Of a DNA stretch of 64,000 bases, positions 1 through 10,170 are shown piece by piece. Made by a program: the position numbers and the translations under genes. The notes under the pieces were generated by a model. That model searched no databases. It saw only the letters and a list, made by a program, of their open reading frames with translations, and had not been told where the DNA came from. Origin of the DNA: Candidatus Dojkabacteria bacterium (GTDB lineage Bacteria > Patescibacteriota > Dojkabacteria > J137); assembly GCA_040006935.1 (NCBI GenBank), contig JBDTVZ010000003.1:1102-65101 (forward strand), read 5' to 3'. Positions within the stretch are counted from its first letter, which is position 1. Each line of letters opens with the position of its first letter.

Positions 1-310
1 GCAAATCCTTAGTAATGCTCTCTACCTCTTTCGTTTGCTCTTTTTTATTCTCATCATTCTTAGCTTTTGATTTATTATCTTTCTTTCTCTTCAATATTTC
101 ATCATTAGTCCAGTCCAGGTCAGACCAACCCATTTCTCCGAAACCATTATCTTGAACCCAGTCTGTTGAATCTTCTGCAAATCTTCTCGCATTTTTAGCA
201 AGACTCTTTAACTTCTTAGAATTTTTTTTGAAATCAACAAGAAGAAAAAACAACAATCCTCCTGAGAGAATGACAGCTAAAACTAAAAGGAAATTAATTA
301 ACTTTTTCAT
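1..310 (-). CDS. Hypothetical membrane-anchored protein, runs off the window edge
   Basis: ATG at 310; frame MKKVINFLLVLAVILSGGLLFFLLVDF... is open to position 2; N-terminal hydrophobic helix. Confidence 0.6.
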   Translation of the reverse strand, partial: MKKLINFLLVLAVILSGGLLFFLLVDFKKNSKKLKSLAKNARRFAEDSTDWVQDNGFGEMGWSDLDWTNDEILKRKKDNKSKAKNDENKKEQTKEVESITKDL

Positions 311-324
311 ATTTATTTTATAAA

Positions 325-624
325 TTATTTTGCTTCGTCCTCCTCCTCAGTTTCTTCTGTAGGATTTATAACAACGTCTCCTGCGTTTTCTTTTTCTTCT
401 ACAAGCCTTCCATCAACTTCATCTAAATCAGAAGAAGTTTCAAGAGGATTATCTGAAGGAGAATCAGGAGTTAAAGTTTCTTCATCAGTATCATCTTCTA
501 AAAGAGCATCTTGACCTATACCTTCATCGAGCTCAGAATCAACAGGGTTAACATCATCGCTTTGAGTGTCGTCAGAAAAATCATCTCCTGCACTCACTGG
601 TTTTATTTCATCTTCATCATTCAT
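325..624 (-). CDS. Very acidic, probably disordered hypothetical protein
   Basis: 99-aa D/E-rich ORF co-oriented with polA. Confidence 0.6.
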   Translation of the reverse strand: MNDEDEIKPVSAGDDFSDDTQSDDVNPVDSELDEGIGQDALLEDDTDEETLTPDSPSDNPLETSSDLDEVDGRLVEEKENAGDVVINPTEETEEEDEAK

Positions 625-682
625 TTTTATTTAATTAAAAATTAAAAGATAGTCAATTAAAAGAAATTTTTTTTAATTCTTA

Positions 683-3316
683 TTATATTGATATCTTTTC
701 AAGACTTCCCCATCTTTTCCCTATGCTAGCTTCTACTTTATAGGTCACTCCGAGGTCGTATGCGTTACACATTACATCATAGACTTTTTTATAGAATTCG
801 GCAACATTTTTGTCATTAATTGATGACCCTTTTATCTCGAACAAGAATTCATCGTGTATTTGCAGTAACAGTTTAGCATTATATTCGGACATGATGTCCG
901 ATAATTTACTCATCGCTATTTTCATAATATCCGCAGCTGTTCCTTGAATTATAAAATTAAACAATTCTCTTTCCGCAGCTGCTCTTAAATTTCTATTATT
1001 CGATTTAATCATATCACTGTATCTTCTTCGCCCCAAAGATGTTTCTGTATAGCCTGTCTTTGTTGCTTCAGCTAAGACTTTATCCATAAAACTTTTTACA
1101 TTAGAATATTTTTCAAAATACTTTGTTATAAACATCGAAGCTACTTCTCGAGGAATCCTCATTCGCTCAGATAATCCAAAAGATGATATTCCATAGATAA
1201 TGCTGAAGTTAATTGTTTTTCCCTGGTCTCTTTGTTCTTGTGTAACTGAATTTATGTCTATTTCAAAAATCTCGGATGCGGTTAACTTATGAACATCTTG
1301 ATTATTATTGAAACTTTCAACCATGGCTTCTTCCCCTGATAATGCAGCTAAGATTCTTAGCTCTTGTTGAGAATAATCGAAAGATAGGAACACTGAATCT
1401 TCTGGAGCAACAAATGCATCTCTAATATTAATATCTCTCACTAAGCCTTTCGGAATATTTTGCAAGTTAGGGTTCTTCGATGAGAACCTGCCGCTAATAG
1501 CTCCAAGTTGATCAAACACGCCATGAACTCTCGAGGAGTCTAGCTCAATATATTCTGGGAGAGGTTTTAAATAAGTAGAAAGTATTTTGTCTAACTCTCT
1601 ATATTCTAGAATAAACTCGACAACAGGGTCTTGACCACTTAGGTAGTTTAAAGATCTCTCATCGGTTGAGTAACTTCCTGACTTTGTTTTCCTTCCGCCT
1701 GTTAAAGCTTTTTCTACAAAAAGCATTTCTCCTACTTGTTTAGGTGAATTTATATTAAATTCATGTCCAACACTTTTGTATATAGCTTGTTTTACAGACT
1801 CTTTTATTGCTTCGAAATTGGACACGTCCTCGTTGAGAAGTTTGGTGTCGAGCTGAATTCCTGCTCTTTCCATCTCACAAACTACAGGTAAAACTAAATG
1901 TTCTAAATTAATAACACCTTTCATTTCACTTCCTTCTTCTAATTTTTCCCCTAATTTTTCTGAAAGATTTTTAATAGAAACTAAATCTTTTAAGAGATCC
2001 GACGCATACTCTCCCCCTAGAAAATGCATTGTTTGACTTAATCCATAGCTAGATTTACCTCCAGATAGTATTACGGAATATATTCCTAGATCTTTAAAAC
2101 TAGAAAAATCTATATAAATATCTCTGTTATGAGATGAATGAATTAATTTTTTTAAATCATATGTTAAAACATCCTTATCCTTAATATTTTCTAAGAAAGA
2201 TTTTAATTGTTCAGAACTAACTGAGTATATTAAATCAGAAGACTCTGTTGTGTAATATAACTTTACCAAATTCCAATGCAGTGGACTTTCGTTAATATTT
2301 TCGTATTCTCCTAACAAATAGATCTTCTCACCTTTTACATCCTTTCCATTCCAGGTTAAGCACTCCGGTTCTATTTGCTCATCAAATAAATTTGGTGCTA
2401 ATTGAGATTGAACAGCCTCTTCTTTTACAGTATATATTTTTGAGAACTTCTCTAACTTTCCTAAAAGAGTTCTAAATTGAAGATCATTAAATAGCTTCTT
2501 TACCCTATCTAGGTTTATGTTTTCAAATTTAGAATGTTCTAAATCGAAAACAACTGGGACTGCACGATTTACTGTTGCCAAACTCTTGGACATCATTGCT
2601 ATTTCGTGATTTTCAGCTAATTTAATTTTATACCTTTCCTTAACTTGATCAATATTCTTGTACACCTCTTCTAGCGATCCGAATTGATTTATCAATTCTA
2701 CAGCACCCTTAGGTCCAATTCCCTTAACTCCAGGAATATTGTCCGAAGCATCCCCAGCAATTGATTTGTAGTCCGGAACCTGGACAGGAGTAATGCCTAA
2801 CTTTTCAACAACATCTTTTGCTTCAAATAACCTGGATTCTGAAAATCTTCTTCCTGCTAAATATACAGAAGTATCATCGTCGACCAACTGGAATAAATCC
2901 TGGTCCCCAGTTACGACTATTGTTTTAGCCCACTTGCCCGAATAGCTGTGATCGATTGTTGCAATAATATCATCCGCTTCTATTCCGTCAATTTTTAACA
3001 AAGGAATGTCAAAGGTTTTTAAAACTTCCTCTATTCTAGGGAATTGAGAAGTCATCATATCGTCAGCAGAATCTCTATTGGATTTGTAAAAGGAATAATC
3101 CGCTTCTCTAACCGTTGGACCTTTTGAGTCCATTACAGCAATTACATTTGTTGGTTTAAATTTCATTAGGACATCCAGCACTAAACTTGTGTAACCATAA
3201 ACTGCATTTACTGGTTCGCCTGTTGAAGTAGTTAAAGAAGGTGGAAAGGCAAAATATGCTCTATAAATAAGAGCGTGAGAATCGATTATTAAAAGGGTTT
3301 TATCTGTATTGGACAT
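683..3316 (-). CDS. polA: DNA polymerase I
   Basis: 5'-3' exonuclease motifs (IDSHALIYRAY, EADDII, GDASDNIPGV); polymerase motifs DYSQQELR, KTINFSIIYG, QIHDE. Confidence 0.98.
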   Translation of the reverse strand: MSNTDKTLLIIDSHALIYRAYFAFPPSLTTSTGEPVNAVYGYTSLVLDVLMKFKPTNVIAVMDSKGPTVREADYSFYKSNRDSADDMMTSQFPRIEEVLKTFDIPLLKIDGIEADDIIATIDHSYSGKWAKTIVVTGDQDLFQLVDDDTSVYLAGRRFSESRLFEAKDVVEKLGITPVQVPDYKSIAGDASDNIPGVKGIGPKGAVELINQFGSLEEVYKNIDQVKERYKIKLAENHEIAMMSKSLATVNRAVPVVFDLEHSKFENINLDRVKKLFNDLQFRTLLGKLEKFSKIYTVKEEAVQSQLAPNLFDEQIEPECLTWNGKDVKGEKIYLLGEYENINESPLHWNLVKLYYTTESSDLIYSVSSEQLKSFLENIKDKDVLTYDLKKLIHSSHNRDIYIDFSSFKDLGIYSVILSGGKSSYGLSQTMHFLGGEYASDLLKDLVSIKNLSEKLGEKLEEGSEMKGVINLEHLVLPVVCEMERAGIQLDTKLLNEDVSNFEAIKESVKQAIYKSVGHEFNINSPKQVGEMLFVEKALTGGRKTKSGSYSTDERSLNYLSGQDPVVEFILEYRELDKILSTYLKPLPEYIELDSSRVHGVFDQLGAISGRFSSKNPNLQNIPKGLVRDINIRDAFVAPEDSVFLSFDYSQQELRILAALSGEEAMVESFNNNQDVHKLTASEIFEIDINSVTQEQRDQGKTINFSIIYGISSFGLSERMRIPREVASMFITKYFEKYSNVKSFMDKVLAEATKTGYTETSLGRRRYSDMIKSNNRNLRAAAERELFNFIIQGTAADIMKIAMSKLSDIMSEYNAKLLLQIHDEFLFEIKGSSINDKNVAEFYKKVYDVMCNAYDLGVTYKVEASIGKRWGSLEKISI

Positions 3317-3336
3317 GATCGAATTATAGCAAGTTA

Positions 3337-3951
3337 TTAACTTTCTGTTACCAACATTTTTAAGATTTCATCTTGCGGTGGAATTAAATTGTTATCGACC
3401 ATATGTTTTATATAGCCATGCATTGCCTGCCTGTAAACTGGGTTCCTCAAATGTTTGAGTAACGGTTCAAAAAATATCTCGGGAATTTGTTCTAAGACCG
3501 ATAAGATATCTGCCAAACTATGCCATTCCCATCTGCCCATCTTATCTTTCTCATTCTCTGGGACAGGATAAAAGGGTTGAGGATCATGTACGAACGAAAT
3601 TTGTGGAGACATAGCATAAACATCATCAACTATAATTTCATCTACAAGATAGATTAAATCAATTTTATCTCTTGCTGAAATTCCTGATTCTTCCAATGTT
3701 TCTCTTTCTATTGTATCTACTATTGTTTTATCACTTGGATCTCTCTTACCACCAGTTACTTGTAAGCCTCCTCTTAGTCCAAATCTTTCACTTAGGAGAA
3801 TTTGCAATTTACCAGATCCAGGTGCTGCGCATAAGATAGTTTCTGTGCCACCAGGAATACATCTCTCCGGCAATCTCCGCAGTTGATCATCTTCATATGA
3901 TCTAATTTCTTGCTTTACAGTAGCAGGGCCTAAATCGATTAACGGTGCCAT
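3337..3951 (-). CDS. NUDIX-family hydrolase
   Basis: Nudix-box-like GGKRDPSDKTIVDTIERETLEESG. Confidence 0.75.
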   Translation of the reverse strand: MAPLIDLGPATVKQEIRSYEDDQLRRLPERCIPGGTETILCAAPGSGKLQILLSERFGLRGGLQVTGGKRDPSDKTIVDTIERETLEESGISARDKIDLIYLVDEIIVDDVYAMSPQISFVHDPQPFYPVPENEKDKMGRWEWHSLADILSVLEQIPEIFFEPLLKHLRNPVYRQAMHGYIKHMVDNNLIPPQDEILKMLVTES

Positions 3952-4017
3952 AATTGAAGTTTAAATTTAATGGCTAATGATAGTTCGAGATAATACAATA
4001 GTAAGGATATTACTCTT

Positions 4018-4479
4018 TCAATGCCTTTCATATCCAATTTTCCAGATTTCATTTAACCTCTTCATCATATCTGGATTATTCTCATATATTTTAAAGAGAA
4101 CATTTCTAAAAATTTCCCTGAGACTAGCTGCACGAGGCACAGTACCATGTTTCTGAAATTCGCCGTTCAATCCATGCCAACCTAAACCCATAGAAAGATC
4201 TTGCGACTTGTTATTTCCAGTTAAATATAGATCAATAATCCTTATATTTTCTGCCATTACATTCACAACTCTACTTAGAGGTCGTGCAGTGCCGTCAGAG
4301 TACAAGATCATAAATTCTCTACCATTTTCAGATTTGAATGATTCTACTAATCCCCCCAACTTATCTAACATTTCTTCCGGAGTTTTAAATAGTTCTTTAT
4401 CCAAAAATTCCGAAAGAATAGATCCATCTTCTTTAGCATTTGAAATGCCATTATTCTTGTTGTCAGATAAATCATCCAT
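4018..4479 (-). CDS. Hypothetical protein
   Basis: ORF directly after the ftsH stop; ATG at 4479 preferred to the overlapping start at 4503. Confidence 0.55.
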   Translation of the reverse strand: MDDLSDNKNNGISNAKEDGSILSEFLDKELFKTPEEMLDKLGGLVESFKSENGREFMILYSDGTARPLSRVVNVMAENIRIIDLYLTGNNKSQDLSMGLGWHGLNGEFQKHGTVPRAASLREIFRNVLFKIYENNPDMMKRLNEIWKIGYERH

Positions 4480-4480
4480 A

Positions 4481-6859
4481 TTAAAACAAAACTTCAAATT
4501 CATCTTTATTCAAAACTTCTTTCTCAAGAAGTTCTGTTGCTACCTTATCTAATTTATCTCTATGTTCTGTCAAAACTTGTACTGCTCTTTTATATGCTTC
4601 TCCTACAATTGCTCGCACTTCTACATCAATCTCTTCAGAAGTTTTTTCTGAATATTCCTTAGTATTACTATAAGCGTATCCTAGATATTCGTTTTCCTCA
4701 AAGTTTCCGTACTGAACCAATCCGAGCTTTTCGGACATTCCAAATTTTTGAATCATTCTTCTAGCTACTGCTGTTGCCTTTTCTATATCATTAGACGCTC
4801 CGGTTGAAACATCAGCAAGCGCAACTTCTTCTGCAGCTCTACCTCCCAAACTAACTGTGATATCAGCTAAAAGCTTTCTTTTGGACATTATATATTCATC
4901 ATTTTCTGGTAAGAACATTGTTACCCCTCCGCTTGAACCTCGAGAAGTTATAGAAATCTTATCCACTGGAGTAGACTCTGGTGTATATTTTGCAACTACA
5001 GCATGTCCTGCCTCATGATAAGCAACAAGTTTTAATTCATTATCTGTCCTTTTTCTTGATTTTTTAGCGGGGCCAAGAATCACTTTAGTTACAGCTTCCT
5101 CAATATCGTCTATTGCGATTTTCTTTTTATTTTCTTTTGCAGCAATAATTGCAGATTCGTTCATAATGTTCTCAAGATCTGCTCCTGTAAATCCTACCGT
5201 TCTTTTTGCAATCTTTTCTAAATCAACAGTTTCATCTAATGGCTTGTTTTTACTATGAACCATTAAAATTTCCTTTCTTCCTTGCATGTCTGGAAGTTCG
5301 ATTCTAATTTGCCTATCAAATCTCCCTGGCCTTAAAATAGCTGGGTCTAATACATCTGGTCTATTTGTTGCAGCAAGTACAATTACGTTAACATTTTTTT
5401 CAAACCCATCCATTTCTACAAGAATTTGATTTAATGTTTGTTCAGTATTTCCAGATTGAATTTTTGTGCCTCTTTTTCGAGCTACGGCATCAATTTCATC
5501 TATAAATATTAGAGAAGGTGCAGCTTTTTTAGCTTTGTCGAATAAATCTCTAACTCTAGAAGCTCCTGCTCCAACTAACATCTCTTCAAATTCAGAACCC
5601 GAAGTATGAAAGAATGGAACGCCAGCTTCACCAGCAATTGCTCTGGCAAGTAAAGTTTTACCTGTTCCTGGAGGACCAACCATAAGTATTCCCTTTGGAA
5701 TTCGAGCTCCTAACTTTCTAAATTTCGATGGTGTTTTTAAGAAATCTACAACTTCATTAAGTTCATCTCTTGCTTCATCAATTCCCGCAACATCCTTGAA
5801 AGTAGTATCTGTTTTAGATCCAAAAAACATTTTTGCTTTACTCTGGCCAAATTGCATTATTCCCATTCCACCGCCTCCCTGCATGCTTCTGTAAAGCATT
5901 ACAGCAATTACAACAAATCCTACTAACGTTAAAATTGTAAGGACATCGTTTAAACCTATTCCTTGAGGAATATTTGCAGAAACTATTTCAAAGTTATCGT
6001 CTGAGATTTTAATTCCTTCTTGTTGCAAAAGAGTTGTAAACGAAGAAATTACTGGAGTCCAATCTAAAAATGCTTTTTGAACTTTATCAGTGCTTATTTT
6101 AGCGATAACGACATTATCTAAATCATAAACTGCGCTTATTTGATTATTAGTTATTCTATCGTTTAAGCTAGACGCCGATATATCTATTGACGCGAATCTT
6201 ATTTTACTCACATTTATTCCTAGTATTGAAAGATCTATTCCTTTATCATCAAGTTTTTGTAGAAATGCTTTTTCATTTGTTCCTTGTACTAATACATCTT
6301 TTTGATTGAAACCTCTTAAACCTAGTAAATAATTATCTCCAATTACTACCTCACTTACAGTTCCATTACCCCTATTCAAAAAGGTTCTAATCTGAGTAAT
6401 TAGGTCTTGATTAGTTAGTATTCCAACAAATGAATCTAAATCCATAGTCTCGAAAGAACTATTTTGAGTACTAGATACTTTTACACTCTCATTACTATTT
6501 AATGAAACTTGGGACTTATCAGTTGAGACTTCTACATAAGTTTTACCAACTGCTTGAACCTTCCCATCGTTTTGAACCACAAGCTGTGAGTACTTATTTT
6601 CTTTTATTCCGGCTACAAGCGTATTTAAATTAATTTTCCCAGTTGCAACATCTCTATTTACGAATTGAAAAAGAAAGAAAAGAATCAAGAGTGTAGTTAC
6701 AATTAGAATTATTGGGTTAATCTGAAAAGAAAAGATTCGTGGACCTTTCTTTTTATTGTTTAGTTGCACTATTTTTTTTGCAATATCGTCAGTGAATTGA
6801 TCTAGATCTTTTCTTGAGTTTTCTTTATTTTTTTGTGGTTCTTGTGGATTTTCATTCAT
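4481..6859 (-). CDS. ftsH: ATP-dependent zinc metalloprotease FtsH with a large extracytoplasmic domain
   Basis: Two TM helices; GPPGTGKT; IFIDEID; RPGRFDR; HEAGH zinc motif. Confidence 0.97.
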   Translation of the reverse strand: MNENPQEPQKNKENSRKDLDQFTDDIAKKIVQLNNKKKGPRIFSFQINPIILIVTTLLILFFLFQFVNRDVATGKINLNTLVAGIKENKYSQLVVQNDGKVQAVGKTYVEVSTDKSQVSLNSNESVKVSSTQNSSFETMDLDSFVGILTNQDLITQIRTFLNRGNGTVSEVVIGDNYLLGLRGFNQKDVLVQGTNEKAFLQKLDDKGIDLSILGINVSKIRFASIDISASSLNDRITNNQISAVYDLDNVVIAKISTDKVQKAFLDWTPVISSFTTLLQQEGIKISDDNFEIVSANIPQGIGLNDVLTILTLVGFVVIAVMLYRSMQGGGGMGIMQFGQSKAKMFFGSKTDTTFKDVAGIDEARDELNEVVDFLKTPSKFRKLGARIPKGILMVGPPGTGKTLLARAIAGEAGVPFFHTSGSEFEEMLVGAGASRVRDLFDKAKKAAPSLIFIDEIDAVARKRGTKIQSGNTEQTLNQILVEMDGFEKNVNVIVLAATNRPDVLDPAILRPGRFDRQIRIELPDMQGRKEILMVHSKNKPLDETVDLEKIAKRTVGFTGADLENIMNESAIIAAKENKKKIAIDDIEEAVTKVILGPAKKSRKRTDNELKLVAYHEAGHAVVAKYTPESTPVDKISITSRGSSGGVTMFLPENDEYIMSKRKLLADITVSLGGRAAEEVALADVSTGASNDIEKATAVARRMIQKFGMSEKLGLVQYGNFEENEYLGYAYSNTKEYSEKTSEEIDVEVRAIVGEAYKRAVQVLTEHRDKLDKVATELLEKEVLNKDEFEVLF

Positions 6860-6920
6860 AGATTTATTGTAGCATTCAAAGATAATAGATTACAGATTGA
6901 GAATTTAATAATTATACTCT

Positions 6921-7024
6921 ATCGGGAAGCAGGATTTCCTCAACTTCGCAGGATAAACTTCGTACCGACCTCGGGCTTACCTGCCTGCGTGGCTGCGCCA
7001 GCAGTCAGGCAGGTGAGTCCCACG
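6921..7024 (-). pseudogene. Degenerate partial copy of tRNA-Met interrupted by a 34-bp palindrome
   Basis: ccgacctcgggctta (6965-6979) and tgagtccc (7014-7021) match 7071-7093 of the adjacent tRNA; the insert spans 6980-7013. Confidence 0.8.
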
Positions 7025-7047
7025 TTTTCTAAAATTATTAATGATAA

Positions 7048-7121
7048 TATCAGAGGGCAGGATCGAACTGCCGACCTCGGGCTTATGAGTCCCGCGCTCT
7101 AACCAACTGAGCTACTCTGAT
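7048..7121 (-). tRNA. tRNA-Met(CAU), probably elongator; CCA not encoded
   Basis: Cloverleaf: acceptor ATCAGAG/CTCTGAT, D-arm TAGCTCAGTTGGTTAGAGC, anticodon loop CTCATAA, T-loop TTCGATC. Confidence 0.9.
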
Positions 7122-7212
7122 GCTGTCTCGATTTTAGCAAAAAAGTTCTATTCTTGCTAACTGAATATTCTCCACTCTTACGTTATAATTAGGCAATATT
7201 TAAATAAATCTT

Positions 7213-7992
7213 ATGACTAACGGAATTGATATCTCTGAATTTCAAGGTGATGTGAATTTTGATCTGTTGAATACGCAAATTGATTTTATTTTCATTAGGT
7301 GTTCTTTTGGTGTAGGTTACATGGATAATAAATTCGAGAGGAATCGCAACGAATCAAGAAGAGTTGGTATTTCTAGAGGGTTCTATCATTATGCCTATCC
7401 TCAATACAATAGTCCAGAAGAAGAAGCTAATTATTTTTGTTCTGTTCTAAGCGACTTGGAGAAAGACGAGTTAGTGGCTCTGGATTTTGAAGAACAATGG
7501 AGTGGCGATAAAGTTAACTGGTGTTTAAGATTTTTAAATAGAGTTCACGAAGTTTATGGATTTAAACCCTTACTTTATACAAACTTAGATAAGATTTATT
7601 CTGCAGAATGGACTGCAGTTGTAAATGCGGACTATGGATTATGGCTAGCTACCTGGGATGGGAATAATTCGATAGCACCCTCTACTCCCTGGCCTTTTGT
7701 TGCTTTTAAACAATATAGTTCAACGGGGAGCATAAGTGGCATTGAAGGCAATGTTGATTTTGATGTGTTTTTTGGTGATAAAAATTCATTAAAAAAATAT
7801 GGGTATCAACCTCCTATCAATATTCCTGATCCAATTGAAGATAATCATAATCCTCCAATTAATATACACATCCCTGTTTCAAATCCCATTGAGAATAAGG
7901 AACCAGCCTTTGTTATTGATAAAACTGACCCAACAGACTTGCTTAAAGTTTTTAGAGATCTTCTAAATAAATTCCTAACAATGTTTAGATGA
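7213..7992 (+). CDS. Glycoside hydrolase family 25 muramidase (lysozyme)
   Basis: GIDISEFQG, GFYHY, LDFE catalytic motif, KQYSSTG...VDFD; Pro-rich C-terminal tail. Confidence 0.92.
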   Translation: MTNGIDISEFQGDVNFDLLNTQIDFIFIRCSFGVGYMDNKFERNRNESRRVGISRGFYHYAYPQYNSPEEEANYFCSVLSDLEKDELVALDFEEQWSGDKVNWCLRFLNRVHEVYGFKPLLYTNLDKIYSAEWTAVVNADYGLWLATWDGNNSIAPSTPWPFVAFKQYSSTGSISGIEGNVDFDVFFGDKNSLKKYGYQPPINIPDPIEDNHNPPINIHIPVSNPIENKEPAFVIDKTDPTDLLKVFRDLLNKFLTMFR

Positions 7993-8009
7993 GACCATTT
8001 TGTTAAATC

Positions 8010-8086
8010 AAAAAGCCCCTATTTCCGTTGATCTTCAGGTTACCTGCCTGCGTGGCTGCGCCAGCAGTCAGGCAGGTGAGCCTGAC
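8010..8086 (-). pseudogene. Degenerate partial copy of the tRNA-fMet anticodon arm plus terminator half, with the same 34-bp palindrome
   Basis: cttcaggtta|tgagcctgac matches 8409-8428; insert 8043-8076 is identical to 6980-7013; aaaaagcccctat at 8010-8022 repeats 8348-8360. Confidence 0.8.
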
Positions 8087-8327
8087 TCCAAGTCCCTAAT
8101 GAATCTTTTCCTATAGCTGGCTTTAGACTTTAATCTTTTTCAAACTTCAATGCTTCGATTTCATTTTCAAATACTTTGTAACCTAAAAGCTTTAATGGCA
8201 GAAATCTTTTTGTAGTTTTAACTTTTCCCTTTTGGTGATACTGAAGCCTCTGCTCCATATTAGAAGTAAAACCATAATAATGAAATTTACTAACTTTCTC
8301 AGATAGAAGGCAATATACAAAAAACAT
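8068..8327 (-). pseudogene. Small GIY-YIG nuclease, apparently frameshifted near the 3' end
   Basis: FVYCL...YYGFTSNMEQRLQYHQKG...EALKFEK; stop at 8130-8132; adding one A in the A-run continues RLKSKASYRKRFIRDLESGSPA. Confidence 0.75.
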
Positions 8328-8347
8328 AATGAAGAATTTATTATAAT

Positions 8348-8377
8348 AAAAAGCCCCTATAAACGTATAGGGGCTTT

Positions 8378-8378
<1 letters not shown>
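8348..8378 (-). terminator. Intrinsic terminator-like hairpin after tRNA-fMet
   Basis: AAAAGCCCCTAT-loop-ATAGGGGCTTTT inverted repeat with T-tract. Confidence 0.75.
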
Positions 8379-8452
<74 letters not shown>

Positions 8453-8506
8453 ATAGCGAAATGATTATATCAGATTTTCGGTGTTATTATCAATGTATTG
8501 AGAATT

Positions 8507-8641
8507 CCCTCTCCTTTCAAGGAGAGGGCTAGGGTGAGGTCATACCGCACCGAAAACTCGTAATAGTTTTTGTGCGGTCCTTATTAGTTTTGCAAATTGA
8601 ATGAGATTACTTCCTCGTCTGTAACTCCTGGCAATGACACC
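8507..8641. repeat. Composite palindromic repeat, modules A-B-C
   Basis: CCCTCTCCT..AGGAGAGGG; ACCGCAC-N21-GTGCGGT; GAGATTACTTC..GCAATGAC; similar to 40046-40178. Confidence 0.85.
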
Positions 8642-8675
8642 GAAGTTTATGAGACCCCTCTTTTAATTGTTTTTT

Positions 8676-9086
8676 TTACATTAAAAGTTTAACCCACCAA
8701 TCTGTGTAATCTTTTTTCAAACCTAAATCTAATAATTCCTTTTGCTCATCTAAATAGACAGGCTTTTCTTTTGTTTGGAAAAGTCTTTCATTATCGGAAG
8801 CATAATTTGAGGTTTCTCTAAGTATCAATTTCCTATATTCATCTGACGATACAAAGGTATTCTCCTTCTGTAAATCATCATTTTTTGCAGTAATTTCATC
8901 TAAACTTACCTTCTCGCTTAAAAAAGTTTCGTAATTAGATTTTCCATTTGTTATTACCCTGATTATGTTCACACCCATAATGAAACTTAATGTGAGCATA
9001 AAAATAGTTAAAGGAACTCCTTCAATTACTATTGAATTCTTATAGGATACTATTTGTTTTTTGATATATTTGTAAAGCTTTCTCAT
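8676..9086 (-). CDS. Probable FtsB/DivIC-like septum formation initiator protein
   Basis: Short N-terminal tail, one TM helix, coiled coil, then SDEYRKLILRE motif. Confidence 0.55.
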   Translation of the reverse strand: MRKLYKYIKKQIVSYKNSIVIEGVPLTIFMLTLSFIMGVNIIRVITNGKSNYETFLSEKVSLDEITAKNDDLQKENTFVSSDEYRKLILRETSNYASDNERLFQTKEKPVYLDEQKELLDLGLKKDYTDWWVKLLM

Positions 9087-9162
9087 ATAGGTTAATTGCT
9101 TGATTGACCCTTCAAACTCACTGTGATAACATCCTCTGGTAACTAAGTATAATGTATACTAC

Positions 9163-10014
9163 ATGAATAATGAAGATTTAATCAATAAATTTATTGAATA
9201 TTTAAAACGAAAGGGTAGGTCCGAATCCACTCTCATCGCTTATAAGGCCGACATAATCCAGCTTAGTCATAGTTCGACTAAAAATTTAATTAATTCCGGC
9301 GAAACTGAGATAAATAGTTTCTTAAAAAGACTTAAGGAAAATACAGGATTAACTCCTAAAACAATTTCTAGAAAATTGAACAGTATTAAAACTTTCTATA
9401 AATTTCTAGAGCTTAAGAATTTGGTAAATTCCAACCCTACCAAGGAATTACATCACCCTAAATTTATTAATGCTAAACCTAAATTCTTAAATAAAGATCA
9501 ATATCAAAGATTAAAGGATTCTGCTAAAGCGAGTCCAAAGAATTTTATGATGTTGGAACTTATGCTTCAAACAGGAATGAGAATTAGTGAAGTTTCGAAT
9601 TTAAAGATTAAGGATGTTGACTTAAATCGAGCTCATCCAAGAGTTGAAATTCGTGATAATAAAATAGTAACAAGACAAATTCCTTTAAATGACAAAATCT
9701 TTTTTGAACTAAAAGATTATATTTCTAGTATTGGCAAATCTGATTATGTGTTTACTACTAAGAATAATAAACCTATTGAGGTTCGGAATATTAGAGCTGC
9801 TTTAGATAGAGTGTTCTTGAAAGTAAAGTTACAACAGTACTGTGTTAATGATCTTAGAAATACCTTCATTGTAACGCAACTATCAAATGGCATGAAAATG
9901 TCTGCTTTAGCTAAGATTGTAGGCCATAAAAGCCCTACCGCAACAGAAAGGTACGTAGATATCTTATCTAGGAAGTATAAAGACAGAGGGATAGAGAGTC
10001 TATGCGAGTTATAA
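9163..10014 (+). CDS. XerC/XerD-family tyrosine recombinase
   Basis: SAM-like N-domain (SESTLIAYKADI, TISRKLNSIKTFYKFL); TGMRISE, NDLRNTF, VGHKS, TERY. Confidence 0.9.
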   Translation: MNNEDLINKFIEYLKRKGRSESTLIAYKADIIQLSHSSTKNLINSGETEINSFLKRLKENTGLTPKTISRKLNSIKTFYKFLELKNLVNSNPTKELHHPKFINAKPKFLNKDQYQRLKDSAKASPKNFMMLELMLQTGMRISEVSNLKIKDVDLNRAHPRVEIRDNKIVTRQIPLNDKIFFELKDYISSIGKSDYVFTTKNNKPIEVRNIRAALDRVFLKVKLQQYCVNDLRNTFIVTQLSNGMKMSALAKIVGHKSPTATERYVDILSRKYKDRGIESLCEL

Positions 10015-10042
10015 AATCTCCTTTGTTAGATTGATGATACAA

Positions 10043-10116
10043 TAGGCCTTCGCGGACTCGAACCGCGGACCCCAGCTTTATAAGAACTGTGCTCTAACCA
10101 GCTGAGCTAAAGGCCT
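10043..10116 (-). tRNA. tRNA-Ile(UAU)
   Basis: Acceptor AGGCCTT/AAGGCCT plus discriminator A; anticodon arm CAGTT-CTTATAA-AGCTG; T-arm CGCGG-TTCGAGT-CCGCG. Confidence 0.9.
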
Positions 10117-10170
10117 ATGAATGAGTAATGAGAGTATAGCAAAATCTTCTTTACGATACCAGATTGAGAG

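Noticed and set aside
6980-7013. Intron-containing functional tRNA
   Set aside because: The host copies lack intact D-arms and acceptor stems, and 34 bp is far too short for a self-splicing intron
6833-7102. 89-aa plus-strand ORF
   Set aside because: Antisense to tRNA-Met and its shadow; the LPACVAAPAVRQV stretch is the translated palindrome
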